Shown piece after piece: positions 10,475 to 19,170 of a stretch of DNA of 20,000 nt. Location of the stretch: positions 13,842,879 to 13,862,878 of the forward strand of contig NC_057750.1 in the NCBI RefSeq assembly GCF_004010195.1, read 5' to 3'. Numbering within the stretch: the first letter of the stretch is position 1; each line of letters begins with the position of its first letter. The translations under genes and the position numbers were made by a program. This DNA is from Chiloscyllium plagiosum. Taxonomy: Eukaryota. Under the pieces are notes generated by a model. It saw nothing but the letters and a program-made list of their open reading frames with translations, was not told where the DNA came from and searched no databases.

Positions 10475-10812
10475 TGGGCATCACCGGCTAGGCCACTGTT
10501 GGCCTGTCCATCCCAACTCTCCTGGAATTGATGGCTCGCTTCAGAGGGCAGTTAAGAGTCAACCGCTGGTTCTGGAGATCCACATAGATGGCAGATGGCA
10601 TCCATAAAGATGGCAGATTTCCTTCCCTAAAGGATATTAATAAACGGGGTTGGGTTTTTGCAAGAATTGGCAGTAGTTACCATGCACACCTTTTAATTCC
10701 AGACTCCAGCCCCCACCCTACCATTGGCCAGGATGGGATTTGAACCCATGTCCAGAGAACTTTAGCTCTTGGTTCTAGCCTGCTCGCCCGGTGACATTAT
10801 CATGCCATCAGC
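10475..10812 (-). mobile_element. Shark SINE, probably tRNA-derived; same family as 845-1065
   Basis: Contains cagagggcagttaagagtcaacc and gatggcagatttccttccctaaagga, plus a B-box-like gggttcaaatccc on the minus strand at ~10735-10747. Confidence 0.7.
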
Positions 10813-10894
10813 CCCCGCAGCAGGCTCATTCTTTCATCCAAACAAGCCCCATCCTTCTCATCACAACATGGAACTAATCGTACTGTCATTACAG

Positions 10895-11109
10895 AGAGAA
10901 AGTGAGGACTGCAGATGCTGGAGATCAGAGTCGAGAGTGGGGTGCTGGAAAAGCACAGCAGGTCAGGCAGCATCCGAGAAGCAGGAGAATCAACATTTCA
11001 GGCAAGAGCCCTTCATCAGGAAACCTGATGAAGGGCTCTTACCCGAAATGTCGATTCACCTTAACCTCAGATGCTACCTGACCTACTGTGCTTTTCCAGC
11101 ACCCCATTC
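10895..11109. mobile_element. Palindromic Penelope-derived mini-element (215 bp) with a 17-bp TSD
   Basis: Inverted arms centred on ~11022 (cttcatcagg-aaa-cctgatgaag). TSD tcgtactgtcattacag 10878-10894 / tcgtaccatcattacag 11110-11126. Confidence 0.88.
11020..11057 (+). ncRNA. Minimal type I hammerhead-ribozyme-like motif (Penelope type), slightly degenerate
   Basis: CTGATGA at 11025-11031, an extra A, stem II gggc-tctt-accc (one mismatch), GAAA at 11045-11048, then T-GTC. A mirror copy lies on the minus strand at ~10990-11020. Confidence 0.6.
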
Positions 11110-11304
11110 TCGTACCATCATTACAGCCCAAGAGAAGGCCATTCAGCCCATGTCGACCCTGCCAGCTCTCTGCAAGAACAATTTAGTTATTTGCATTTGA
11201 CCGAGTTCCTAGCCCTGCAGATTTCTTCCAATGACTGTCTAGCCAATTCCCGTTTGGAAGCCCTGATTGAATCTCCTTCTGATATGCACTTATGTCGTGT
11301 ATCT

Positions 11305-11866
11305 TAGATCATTGACAGCTTTTGAATGGACAAGGGAATCAAGAGAATGGGGGACAGGATAGAAATGAAGATAAAATCAATTCGGAGAATGCGAGGACTG
11401 CAGATCCTGGAGATCAGAGTTGAGAGTGTGGTGCTGGAAAAGCACAGACAGTCAGGCAGCATCCGAGGAGCAGGAGAATCGACATTTTGGGCAATAACAC
11501 TTCAGAGAGGAGGTTAGAGCGGATAGGGGGAAAGAAGATGGACAGGTCATGAGGGCAGTGCCGAGCTGGAAGGCTGGAGCTGGGATAAGGTGGGGGAGAG
11601 GGGGAATGTGGAAACTGGTGAAGTCCACATTGATGTCAGGGGGTTGGAGGGTCCCGAGACAGAAGATGAGGCGTTCTTCCTCCAGGCTTTGATTGGTTAA
11701 GGAGTGACGATGGAGTAGGCCCAGGACCTGCATGTCCTTGGTGGAGTGGGAAGGGGAGTTGAAGTGTTCAGCCACGAAATGAAGTCATGGCTAGTATCAG
11801 ATCAGTCATGACCTTATGAGATGGAACAGAAGGTTTGAAGGGCCAAATGGCCAGTTCCTGCTCTGA
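11305..11866 (+). mobile_element. Degenerate CR1 3' UTR split by a Penelope insertion (~11305-11380 and ~11776-11866)
   Basis: ggacaagggaatcaagagaatgggg before the insert; atcagatcagtcatgaccttat...gaagggccaaatggccagttcctgctc after it. Confidence 0.6.
11384..11775 (-). mobile_element. Penelope-like retroelement 3' fragment: GIY-YIG endonuclease C-terminus plus terminal repeat
   Basis: ORF 11452-11775 (AEHFNSPSHSTKDMQVLGLLHRHSLTNQSLEEERLIFCLGTLQPPDINVDF) is a typical vertebrate Penelope C-terminus and is followed by the same terminal unit as the mini-elements. Confidence 0.88.
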
Positions 11867-11949
11867 CTAGTTGTTGCTGACCAAAAAAGTTATTCCTCTT
11901 ATTTTCCTTTTGCTAATTACTTTAAATTACCTTTTTTTACAACCCATCT

Positions 11950-12262
11950 TCCAGTGGCAACAGACTGTCTATCTACTTTGTCCAGCCCCCTCACGATTTT
12001 GTACACCTCAACCATGTCTCATCCTAGCCTTCTTTGTTCTTTCTGTAAGGTGAAAAACTTTGCTTTCTCCAATCTGTACGCTTAACTGAAGTCCTCATGC
12101 CTGGAATCATTCTCATGAATCTTCCTCTGTTGTCTCACATCCTTCGTAAAGTGCAGTGCCCGCCACTGGATGCAATACTCCAACTGAGACTGAGCCAGTC
12201 TGTGAAAAGAACGTTCACCACAGTGCCATTTCTTGTGTACTTTTTGCCTCTTGAATAATTCC
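11950..12262 (-). mobile_element. Degenerate CR1 ORF2 fragment
   Basis: cacatccttcgtaaagtgcagtgcccgccactggatgcaatactccaactgagac reads SQLEYCIQWRALHFTKDV on the minus strand. Confidence 0.7.
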
Positions 12263-12721
12263 AGGAAAATAGGAACACGAGGAAACTATTCAAGCCCTCA
12301 GGTCTGTCTGCCATTCAGATGGATCGTGGCTGATTAACCGGAGGCCTTCCACCCACCTTGCCTCCAATAGCCATTTGCCTCATCAATCCATTTAACAACC
12401 CACTGATTAATGTTGTCTTATCAAGAAGACTTGATTTACTCTATGCTGCTAACTGAATGGGTGCTCGTCATCATTGTCCTCTTCAATGCTTCCTTTCCAT
12501 ACGGGATAAGGAATTTGTATTCATATCACTCTCAGGATGGTCAAAAACACTTCATTGTGTTAATCCCAATCACTTCGCTCCAGAGGGAAGTGTCAGCCTT
12601 TGTGAACACTGCTATTGTCTACAAACTAATTAATCTGTTGTTAGTGGCGATAGTCAAAGATGAATGGGACAGCACAGAAACTATTCCCTCTTCCACTAGT
12701 GCAATCTCCTACATCTAGAGC

Positions 12722-13351
12722 GAAAAAGATCAGAGCAGGTTTAGACCATTTGGCCCATCAAGCCTGCTCCATCATTTTATACAATCATGGCTGAATTTGG
12801 GCTTTCCCACTTTGATTACTTGATTACTTGGGATCTTTCTCTCTCTCTGTCTCACTGTCTCTCTCTCTCTTTTTCTTGCTCTCTCTCTCTCTCTCTCGTT
12901 CTCTCTCTTGCACTCTCTCGCTCTCTCGCTCTCTCTTGCGCTCTCTCTCTCTTTCTCTCTCGCTCTCTCTCTCACTCTCTCTCTCGCTCTCTCTCTCTCT
13001 CTCGCTCTCTCTCGCTCTCTCTCACTCTCNNNNNNNNNNNNNNNNNNNNNNNNNNNNNNNNNNNNNNNNNNNNNNNNNNNNNNNNNNNNNNNNNNNNNNN
13101 NNNNNNNNNNNNNNNNNNNNNNNNNNNNNNNNNNNNNNNNNNNNNNNNNNNNNNNNNNNNNNNNNNNNNNNNNNNNNNNNNNNNNNNNNNNNNNNNNNNN
13201 NNNNNNNNNNNNNNNNNNNNNNNNNNNNNNNNNNNNNNNNNNNNNNNNNNNNNNNNNNNNNNNNNNNNNNNNNNNNNNNNNNNNNNNNNNNNNNNNNNNN
13301 NNNNNNNNNNNNNNNNNNNNNNNNNTCTCGCTCTCTCTCTCTTTCTCTTTC

Positions 13352-13383
<32 letters not shown>

Positions 13384-13788
13384 GCTCTCTCCCCCTCTCA
13401 GCCTGGAATATATTCAACAATGGAGCATTCCACAGTGGTCTGGAATATTCATTGATTTTTCCTCAGCTCCACTTTAAGTGATCAACCCCATATCCTCAGA
13501 CCAACCAGAGGGGAAAAACCAGTGAAACATTTAGCAATGAATGTATTGGGCCTCCATTTTGAAATGCAGGTGATGTGTCAAATTAGGACGTGTCTCTTCA
13601 CAATTTTGCTGCTTTTTCCTTCTGCGTGGAGCCCTGTTTTGCAGAAACATCTTCTCAGTACCCAGTCTGTCAAACCCCTTCAAAATCTTGTGTCTCTCAA
13701 TGAGATTGACTCTCACCTTCCAGACACCAGACAACAGAGGCCCCAGTATCCTCAATGCCCCCTCATAGGGCAACCCCCCCCTCATCCC
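12722..13788 (-). mobile_element. Degenerate CR1 LINE 3' end hosting a (CT)n tract
   Basis: Tail gagcaggtttagaccatttggcccatcaagcctgctcc...atcatggctga. ORF 13531-13785 reads MRGGLPYEGALRILG...RVNLIERHKILKGFDRLGTEKMF. Confidence 0.7.
12834..13399. repeat. Imperfect (CT)n microsatellite spanning an assembly gap (N 13030-13325)
   Basis: Directly visible CT dinucleotide tract with ctcg/ctca/cttt variants on both sides of the N run. Confidence 0.98.
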
Positions 13789-13873
13789 AACAAAAGCTCA
13801 TTTTCATATCTCAAGTCTGACGTTGCGGCTCCACCCTCAGTCATACCTGGTCAACCTACATTTCTGGCCTGGT

Positions 13874-13999
13874 GACTGAACTCTGACCTTTCAGCCCACA
13901 GGTGAGAGTGCGACTGACTGAACTCTGACCTTTCAGCCCACAGGTGAGAGTGCGACTGACTGAACTTTGACCTTTCAGCCCACAGGGGCAAGTGCAACT
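13874..13999. repeat. Tandem repeat, 3 x 42 bp
   Basis: gactgaactctgacctttcagcccacaggtgagagtgcgact starts at 13874 and 13916 (identical), with a diverged copy at 13958. Confidence 0.97.
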
Positions 14000-14011
14000 G
14001 ACTGAGCTAAG

Positions 14012-14056
14012 TCATAGAGTCAAACAGCACGGAAACAGAGCATTTAGTCCAACTCA
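14012..14056 (-). mobile_element. Isolated HER1-like 3' tail
   Basis: tcatagagtcaaacagcacggaaacagagcatttagtccaactc, compare 8770-8815. Confidence 0.7.
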
Positions 14057-14125
14057 GGGTGAGTGAGTAATAACTCTTGTAAGCATGCCATGTTCTCCTA
14101 TTGGTCTGAGGGAGATCCAGTTATT

Positions 14126-14468
14126 TATAGAATCCCTACAGGTGGAAACAGGCCATTCTGCCTCTCGAGTACACATTGACCCTCCAAAGGACAGACCACC
14201 CAGACCCTATCCCTGTAACCCTGCATTTCCCATGGCTAACCCACCTAACCTGCACATTCCTGGACACTATAGCTAATTTAGCATGGCCATTCTGCCTAAC
14301 CTGCACATCTTTAGACTGTGGGAGGAAGCCGAAGCACCCAGAGGAAACCCACAGAGACACGGGGAGAACGTGCAAGCTCCACATAGACAGTCACCTGAGG
14401 TTGGAATCGAACCTGGGTCCATGGAGCTGTGAGACAGCAGTGCTAACCACTGAGCCACTGTCCCGTCC
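14126..14468 (-). mobile_element. HE1 SINE, near full length
   Basis: Minus strand shows A-box tggctcagtgg, B-box ggttcgattcc, the V-domain, and the LINE-like tail gaatggcctgtttccacctgtagggattcta. Confidence 0.95.
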
Positions 14469-15358
14469 TGTGGAGCACGGAATTAATTCCTCTCGATGGA
14501 AAGCAGCATGATTAAAAGTTTCAAAGGTTTCCTGGAAAAGGATAGACTTATGTTTGCCATCTTGTGCCAATCGAGGGATGCCCGGTTCGCAAAGCTACAG
14601 GGCAGTCTGCTGCACGTTGCATGTCTCACACTGAATTTCACAAGGATACTTGAGATCTTGTGATGGCAATTAAAGACAGCCTTTATCAGACTCCACAAGC
14701 AATTTACTGTACAATGTGATTGACCCATTCACACACAAGTTATTACTTCAGATTGCGCCAGACAAGGGAGTCACCTCTGGCCTCAAACGAAGGGCTCTTC
14801 TGATGGTCTATTTGCTATTCAAAATGAAAAAAAAAATCAGAGGAATGCAAGTTATTACTTGGCAAAACGCAGCTCCAGGAAGAATTACTCACCAAGAATT
14901 AAAACCAGCAACATGAATGGTAAATAGTCGTGGGTCTTTACTGGGCCAAATTTTAATAGCTGGAAATTGAAATGATTATGTGAGTGTAACCACCTTCCAG
15001 AATAGGATGGATAATGAGATCTTATTGGAAAATTGTCAGGCAGTGCTCCAGTTCAAGGAATCAGATTGTGTAACAGGAAAGTTTAATTAGTGTGCCCACA
15101 GAGTGAGATTGAGACATTATCGGAGATTTATTCTTTATTATCCCTATCTTTGAACATGAATTAGATTCACTTATTTTCTTGGAATCATAGAATAATGGAG
15201 CAGAGGAAGACGCCATGTGGGCCTTCGGCCTTCTCTGACTTGCTTCCATTGTAATTATATCCGTCCTTTATCAAGGAGACCAAAACAGTACACAGTGCTC
15301 CCAAGGGTGGACTCACCAATGCTCCATACAGCTGCAGTAAGACTTGTCTGCTTTTATA

Positions 15359-15580
15359 AGGGAAGGTGAGGACTGCAGATGCTGGAGATCAGAGTCGAGA
15401 GTGTGGTACTGGAAAAGCACAGCAGGTCAGGCAGCATCCGAGGAGCAGGAGAGTCAACTCTTCGGGCAAAAGCCCTTGCTCAAGAATTCCTGATGAAGGG
15501 CTTTTGCCCGAAACATTAATTTTCCTGCTGCTCGGATGCTGCCTGACCTGCTGTGCTTTTCCAGCACCACTCTATCGAAT
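15359..15580. mobile_element. Palindromic Penelope-derived mini-element (222 bp) with a 16-bp TSD
   Basis: Inverted arms centred on gaattc at 15484-15489. TSD cttgtctgcttttata 15343-15358 / cttgtctaattttata 15581-15596. Confidence 0.88.
15486..15521 (+). ncRNA. Minimal hammerhead-ribozyme-like motif with a mutated cleavage triplet
   Basis: attc-CTGATGA-a-gggc-tttt-gccc-GAAAC-att-aatt. Stem II is perfect; GTC has become ATT, consistent with CpG decay. Confidence 0.55.
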
Positions 15581-15882
15581 CTTGTCTAATTTTATACTCC
15601 ATTCCCATGGCAGTAAAGGGAAACATTCCATTTGATTTCCCAATTAAGGTGGAGTTGCTTTTGTCAATATGCGTCAATCCAACCCCCACCCTTTCCAGCC
15701 GTCTTGAGCCAGTCTATCTGCATGTTAGTCGGAGGAAGTATGTAAGAGGCTCCTTTGGGAGCCCTGTCTTATGTGTTACTGAGCCAGAGTAGTTTCAATA
15801 CTCCTCAAAGATTGCAGACTGCATGCACGCAAACTTTATTGCCACATATTTACAGAGAAGGGAACACTCCCTTACACTCGCT

Positions 15883-15985
15883 TAGAGTCATAGTGTCATA
15901 CAGCAGGGAAACAGGTCCTTCGGCCCAACTCATCCATGCCAAGCAGGGGTCCTAAACTGAACCAGTCCCATTTGTTGGCTTCTAT
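15883..15985 (-). mobile_element. HER1-like 3' tail fragment
   Basis: agagtcatagtgtcatacagcagggaaacaggtccttcggcccaactcatccatgcc...agtcccatttg. Confidence 0.8.
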
Positions 15986-16045
15986 CCCCCTTTTAGAGGC
16001 CCCTGAGCTGGTTATCCATTTATGGGGCATTGTCTAACATACTCC

Positions 16046-16190
16046 GACTGGGAACCCTCCAACCACAGGGGATGAACTTGGACTTCACCAGTTTCTTCAT
16101 CCCCCAGAAGGGCATGTGCCCGAAACGTCGAATCTTCTGTTCCCTAGATGCTGCCTGACCTGCTGTGCTGTTCCAGCAATAAAGTTTCAG
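16046..16190 (+). mobile_element. Penelope fragment (GIY-YIG C-terminus fused to a terminal unit) with a perfect 12-bp TSD
   Basis: Encodes LGTLQPQGMNLDFTSFFIP, then agaagggcatgtgcccgaaacgtcgaat...aataaa. TSD ctaacatactcc at 16034-16045 / 16191-16202. Confidence 0.85.
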
Positions 16191-16434
16191 CTAACATACT
16201 CCATGCCCATTTAAGGGTGGTGACAGGTTCCTGCGGTGGACCCCCCCCAGAAATGTGGAGATCTGCCAGCTCATGCCGTGAGGAGAGTGAGAGGTCACCT
16301 TCAAGTGAAACCACCCTTCGAAAAAGTTATACGTGTGAATAATAGCCAAAGATAATAGGGACCTAAACCAAAGGATTTCATTCACGTTAAATGATAAAAC
16401 CATTAAGCTAGAAACACAGCCAAGTGATCCCAAA

Positions 16435-16729
16435 ATCATAGAATCCCTACAGTTCAGAAACAGGCCATTTGGCCCATCAAATCTCTGAAAGGCATCTCCC
16501 CAGTTGCTGCATTTCCCATGGCTAACCCATCTAGCCTGCACCACCCTGGCCACTGCATGACTAATCTATCTAACCGACACATCTTTGGATTGTGGGAGGA
16601 AACCTGAGTGAATCCACACAGACACAGGGCGAATGTGCAAATTCCACACAGATGATCGCCTGAGGCTGGCATTGAACCTAGGTCCCAGGCGCTGTGAGGC
16701 AGCATTGCTGACCACTGAGCAACCGTGCT
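16435..16729 (-). mobile_element. HE1 SINE
   Basis: Colinear with 14126-14468 (atagaatccctacag...acatctttggattgtgggaggaaacc...gaccactgagcaaccgtgc). Confidence 0.9.
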
Positions 16730-16774
16730 GAATCATTGGACCAGATCAAAGCTTTACCACATTCAGAGATGAGC

Positions 16775-16920
16775 AATGTTCCCTCTGAAGGTTATTTGGA
16801 TAAACATGTGGATGAAAATGGAACAGTGTAAGATAGATAGGTTTCAGATTAGTTTCACAGGTTGGCACAACATCGAGGGCTGAAGGGCCTCTACTGCGCT
16901 GTAATGTTCTATGTTCTATT
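16775..16920 (+). mobile_element. CR1 3' end
   Basis: Tail ggcacaacatcgagggctgaagggcctctactgcgctgtaatgttctatgttctat with the CR1-type short terminal repeat. Confidence 0.7.
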
Positions 16921-17029
16921 TGCTGGGCATTTTTTTTGTGTGTGTTTTTTTGTTCTCTGAACCAGACCTGTGCGATACCTTGCAGGCTGCTGCACAATTA
17001 TACATCCCATCAACTCAGCAGGAACATTA

Positions 17030-17132
17030 CTCATAAATGACAGTGAACAATCAGACAATTACCACAGGAGCAGGTCCCACAAACATCCCCATCTTCAAAG
17101 ATGGTGAAGCCCTGGCAGTGAGTACAAAAGAA
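17030..17132 (+). mobile_element. CR1/L2-group LINE ORF2 internal fragment
   Basis: acaatcagacaattaccacaggagcaggtcccacaaacatccccatcttcaaagatggt (TIRQL...TNIPIFKDG) resembles a shark LINE ORF2 linker as I recall it. Confidence 0.45.
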
Positions 17133-17135
17133 ATA

Positions 17136-17465
17136 TCATAACAACATAAGAAATTGGAACAGGACTAGGCTATTCAACCTTTCCAGCCTGTTCTGTCAGT
17201 CAGTCCAGTCATGGGTGATCTGATCAGGGCCTGCATTTCACTTTCCTGCCAATTTCCATAATCGATTAGCTGCTCATTCAAAAACCTGTCCATCTAAGAC
17301 TGGATGACTCAATGAGCCATTTACTCAACCTGCTCTCGATTGAAGAGAATTCCACAGGCTAAAAGTCCTCAAAGAGAAGAAATTCCTCTACATCCCTGAC
17401 TTAACTGGTAGACACTTTATTTAAACAGCTCCTAATTCTCAATTCTTCCAAGAGGGGAGACATCC
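17136..17465 (-). mobile_element. Degenerate CR1 3' end
   Basis: cataagaaattggaacaggactaggctattcaaccttccagcctgttctg...gagaattccacagg...gagaagaaattcctc. Confidence 0.7.
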
Positions 17466-17466
17466 A

Positions 17467-17840
17467 ATAGATTTGGGTGAGGATATAGGAGGCATAGTAG
17501 CAGGTTTGCAAATGACATTAAAATTGGTGCTGGAATGGACAGTGAGGATGGTTCTCTAAGATTACAAAGGGATCTTGATCAATTGGGTCAATGGGCTGAG
17601 GAGTGGCAGATGGAGCTTAATTTGGTTAAATGCGAGGTGTGCTAGTAAGTGGGACTAGATTAATTTAGGATATCTGATTGGCATGGACGAGTTGGACTGA
17701 AAGGTCTGTTTCCGTGCTGTGCATCTCTGTGACTCTCGGACCCTGTTGCATTTTGGTAAAACAAACAAGGGCATACTTGTACAATTAATGGTTGGGCCCT
17801 GGGTGGTGTTGAGTGAGTGGGAAGTGCAGAGGTTCATAGA
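17467..17840 (+). mobile_element. CR1 reverse-transcriptase C-terminal fragment, interrupted at 17641-17743
   Basis: Translates as RFANDIKIGAGMDSEDGSLRLQRDLDQLGQWAEEWQMELNLVKCEV | LHFGKTNKG (decayed FADD motif). Confidence 0.88.
17641..17743 (+). mobile_element. HER1-like 3' UTR tail (~100 bp) inserted in the CR1 ORF2
   Basis: tgggactagattaatttaggatatctg...gcatggacgagttggactgaaaggtctgtttccgtgctg is very similar to 2011-2098. Confidence 0.88.
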
Positions 17841-18275
17841 TCAGGAGGATGAGATGCGTTGAGGGAAGATGACAGCGATTAGAGCATGAGTCTTGGTGGG
17901 AGGTGTGTGCACTGGCTGACTTTGAGAGAATGTGGGCTGGCTCCTTAAGGAGTGCCAAAGGGCATAGACTTTCTTAAGGTGCTACTGCACACTTCAACTG
18001 ACCATGGACCTGCCTGTGATCTGGGGTTAAAATTGTAGCTGGGTACAAGAGACCAGAGTCAAGAGAATTGTTCTCCTCTCCACCCCAAGCTGCAGGTCTC
18101 TGTCTGCGAGCTGGAGGGCCAACTTTCTCCTATCTCAGCCATTTCCTTTGGTCTCAAGATACACTTGGAATTGATGGTTCTTGCCTCACAACCTTTGATA
18201 TGAGAGCAACTGAGGTTTAAGATGCTGCCCAAAGTGTCAGATGGACCTCGCCAACATGGAACACTTCACAAGACT

Positions 18276-18560
18276 GGAATCCCTATAGTGGGCAGAAAGA
18301 GGCCATTCAGCCCATCCAAGTTTGCATCAACCCTCCAAAGAGCATCCCACACGGACCCACCTCATCCTGTCCCAGCAACCCCACATTTAGCATGGCCGAT
18401 CTACCTAACCTGCACTACTTTGGACTGTGAGAGGAAACCAGAGCACCCAGCAGAAACACGGGAAAAATGTGCAAACTCCACCCAGATGGGTGCCCACTGA
18501 GTGGAGTCAAACCTGGGTCCTTGGCAGTGTGAGGTAGCAGTGCTAACCCCTGAGCCATCA
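18276..18560 (-). mobile_element. HE1 SINE
   Basis: gaatccctatagtg...aggccattcagccc...ctaacctgcac...aatgtgcaaactccac...gcagtgctaacccctgagcca. Confidence 0.85.
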
Positions 18561-18564
18561 ACAA

Positions 18565-19170
18565 ATTTGTCAAAATACAGATTTTGTCATCATTCAAATC
18601 ATTCATATAACATTGTAACTACTTGAAGCCCCAGCAGTGATATCAGTACTGTTCTACATTTTAAAGTTAGCCAACCTGAAAATAAATCATTTATTCTAAC
18701 TCTCTGTTGCGTTTTAGTCAGCCAATCCTTTATTGATGCTGATGGATCTCCCCTAAAAGCATGAGTTCTTATCTTGTGGAGTAACCTTTTATAGAGCAAC
18801 TTATTAAATGCCTTTTGGACATCCAAACAAACTATATCTAAAGGCTTTCCTTTATCCACGTTGTTTGTTACTTCTTTGAAGAACTAAAATAAATTTGTCA
18901 AACATGGCTTCCCTTTCACAAAACCATGTAGACGCTGCCTGATTGCTTTGCCATTTTCTATAAGCCCCGCTACCTAAACCAGAGCAGGCATGAATGGTCT
19001 CCTGGAACAATTCTGTAGTAAATAATCAATTCTGGGACTTTCTCAGTGGTGGATGTGACCTCCAGTTTCCAGCTTTCCATCATTCTCCTTTCTTGAAGGG
19101 ACGTGCTATCTTCTGTGGCCCGCCCAATCCATTAGGACCTTTCTACAATTGATGGAATTTTGAAAGATTA
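18565..19170 (-). mobile_element. Old CR1 ORF2 relic (reverse-transcriptase domain)
   Basis: ORF 18599-18859 reads DKGKPLDIVCLDVQKAFNKLLYKRLLHKIR...IKDWLTKTQQRVRIN. Upstream are HGFVKGKPCLTNL (~18890-18928) and IFQNS (~19155-19169). Confidence 0.85.

Larger units (their letters stand above)
12505..14010 (-). mobile_element. DeuSINE (SacSINE1-like) split into body (~12505-12716) and head (~13790-14010) by a CR1 insertion
   Basis: The body resembles 2408-2625 (ctcaggatggtcaaaaacacttc...acaaac...aatctgttgttagtg). The head on the minus strand, tagctcagtcagttgcacttgcccctgtgggctgaaaggtcaaagttcagtc, is tRNA-like. Confidence 0.5.
15182..15647 (-). mobile_element. Degenerate CR1 fragments (3' tail plus ORF2 piece) hosting a Penelope-derived insert
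   Basis: ggagaccaaaacagtacacagtgctcc...ctcaccaatgctccatacagctgcag reads LQLYGALVS..EHCVLFWSP on the minus strand and continues after 15596. Confidence 0.7.

Noticed and set aside
10895..11109. MITE/DNA transposon or miRNA precursor interpretation of the palindromes
   Set aside because: The arms are unequal, TSD length varies between copies, and the same unit is attached to a Penelope GIY-YIG tail at 11384-11775. There is no evidence here for miRNA processing.
11362..11784. TSD for the 11384-11775 Penelope fragment (gaaatgaag at 11362 and 11776)
   Set aside because: The match is only 9 bp and lies ~13 bp from the left boundary, too weak to call.
12772..13481. Long Ser/Leu or Arg/Glu ORFs
   Set aside because: These are translation artefacts of the (CT)n tract and the N gap.
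13874..13999. CRISPR-like array
   Set aside because: The units are directly adjacent with no unique spacers, there are no cas genes, and the context is a vertebrate genome.
14380..14468. tRNA gene (A and B boxes; also ~4020-4085)
   Set aside because: These are HE1 SINE heads running directly into the V-domain, not standalone tRNAs.
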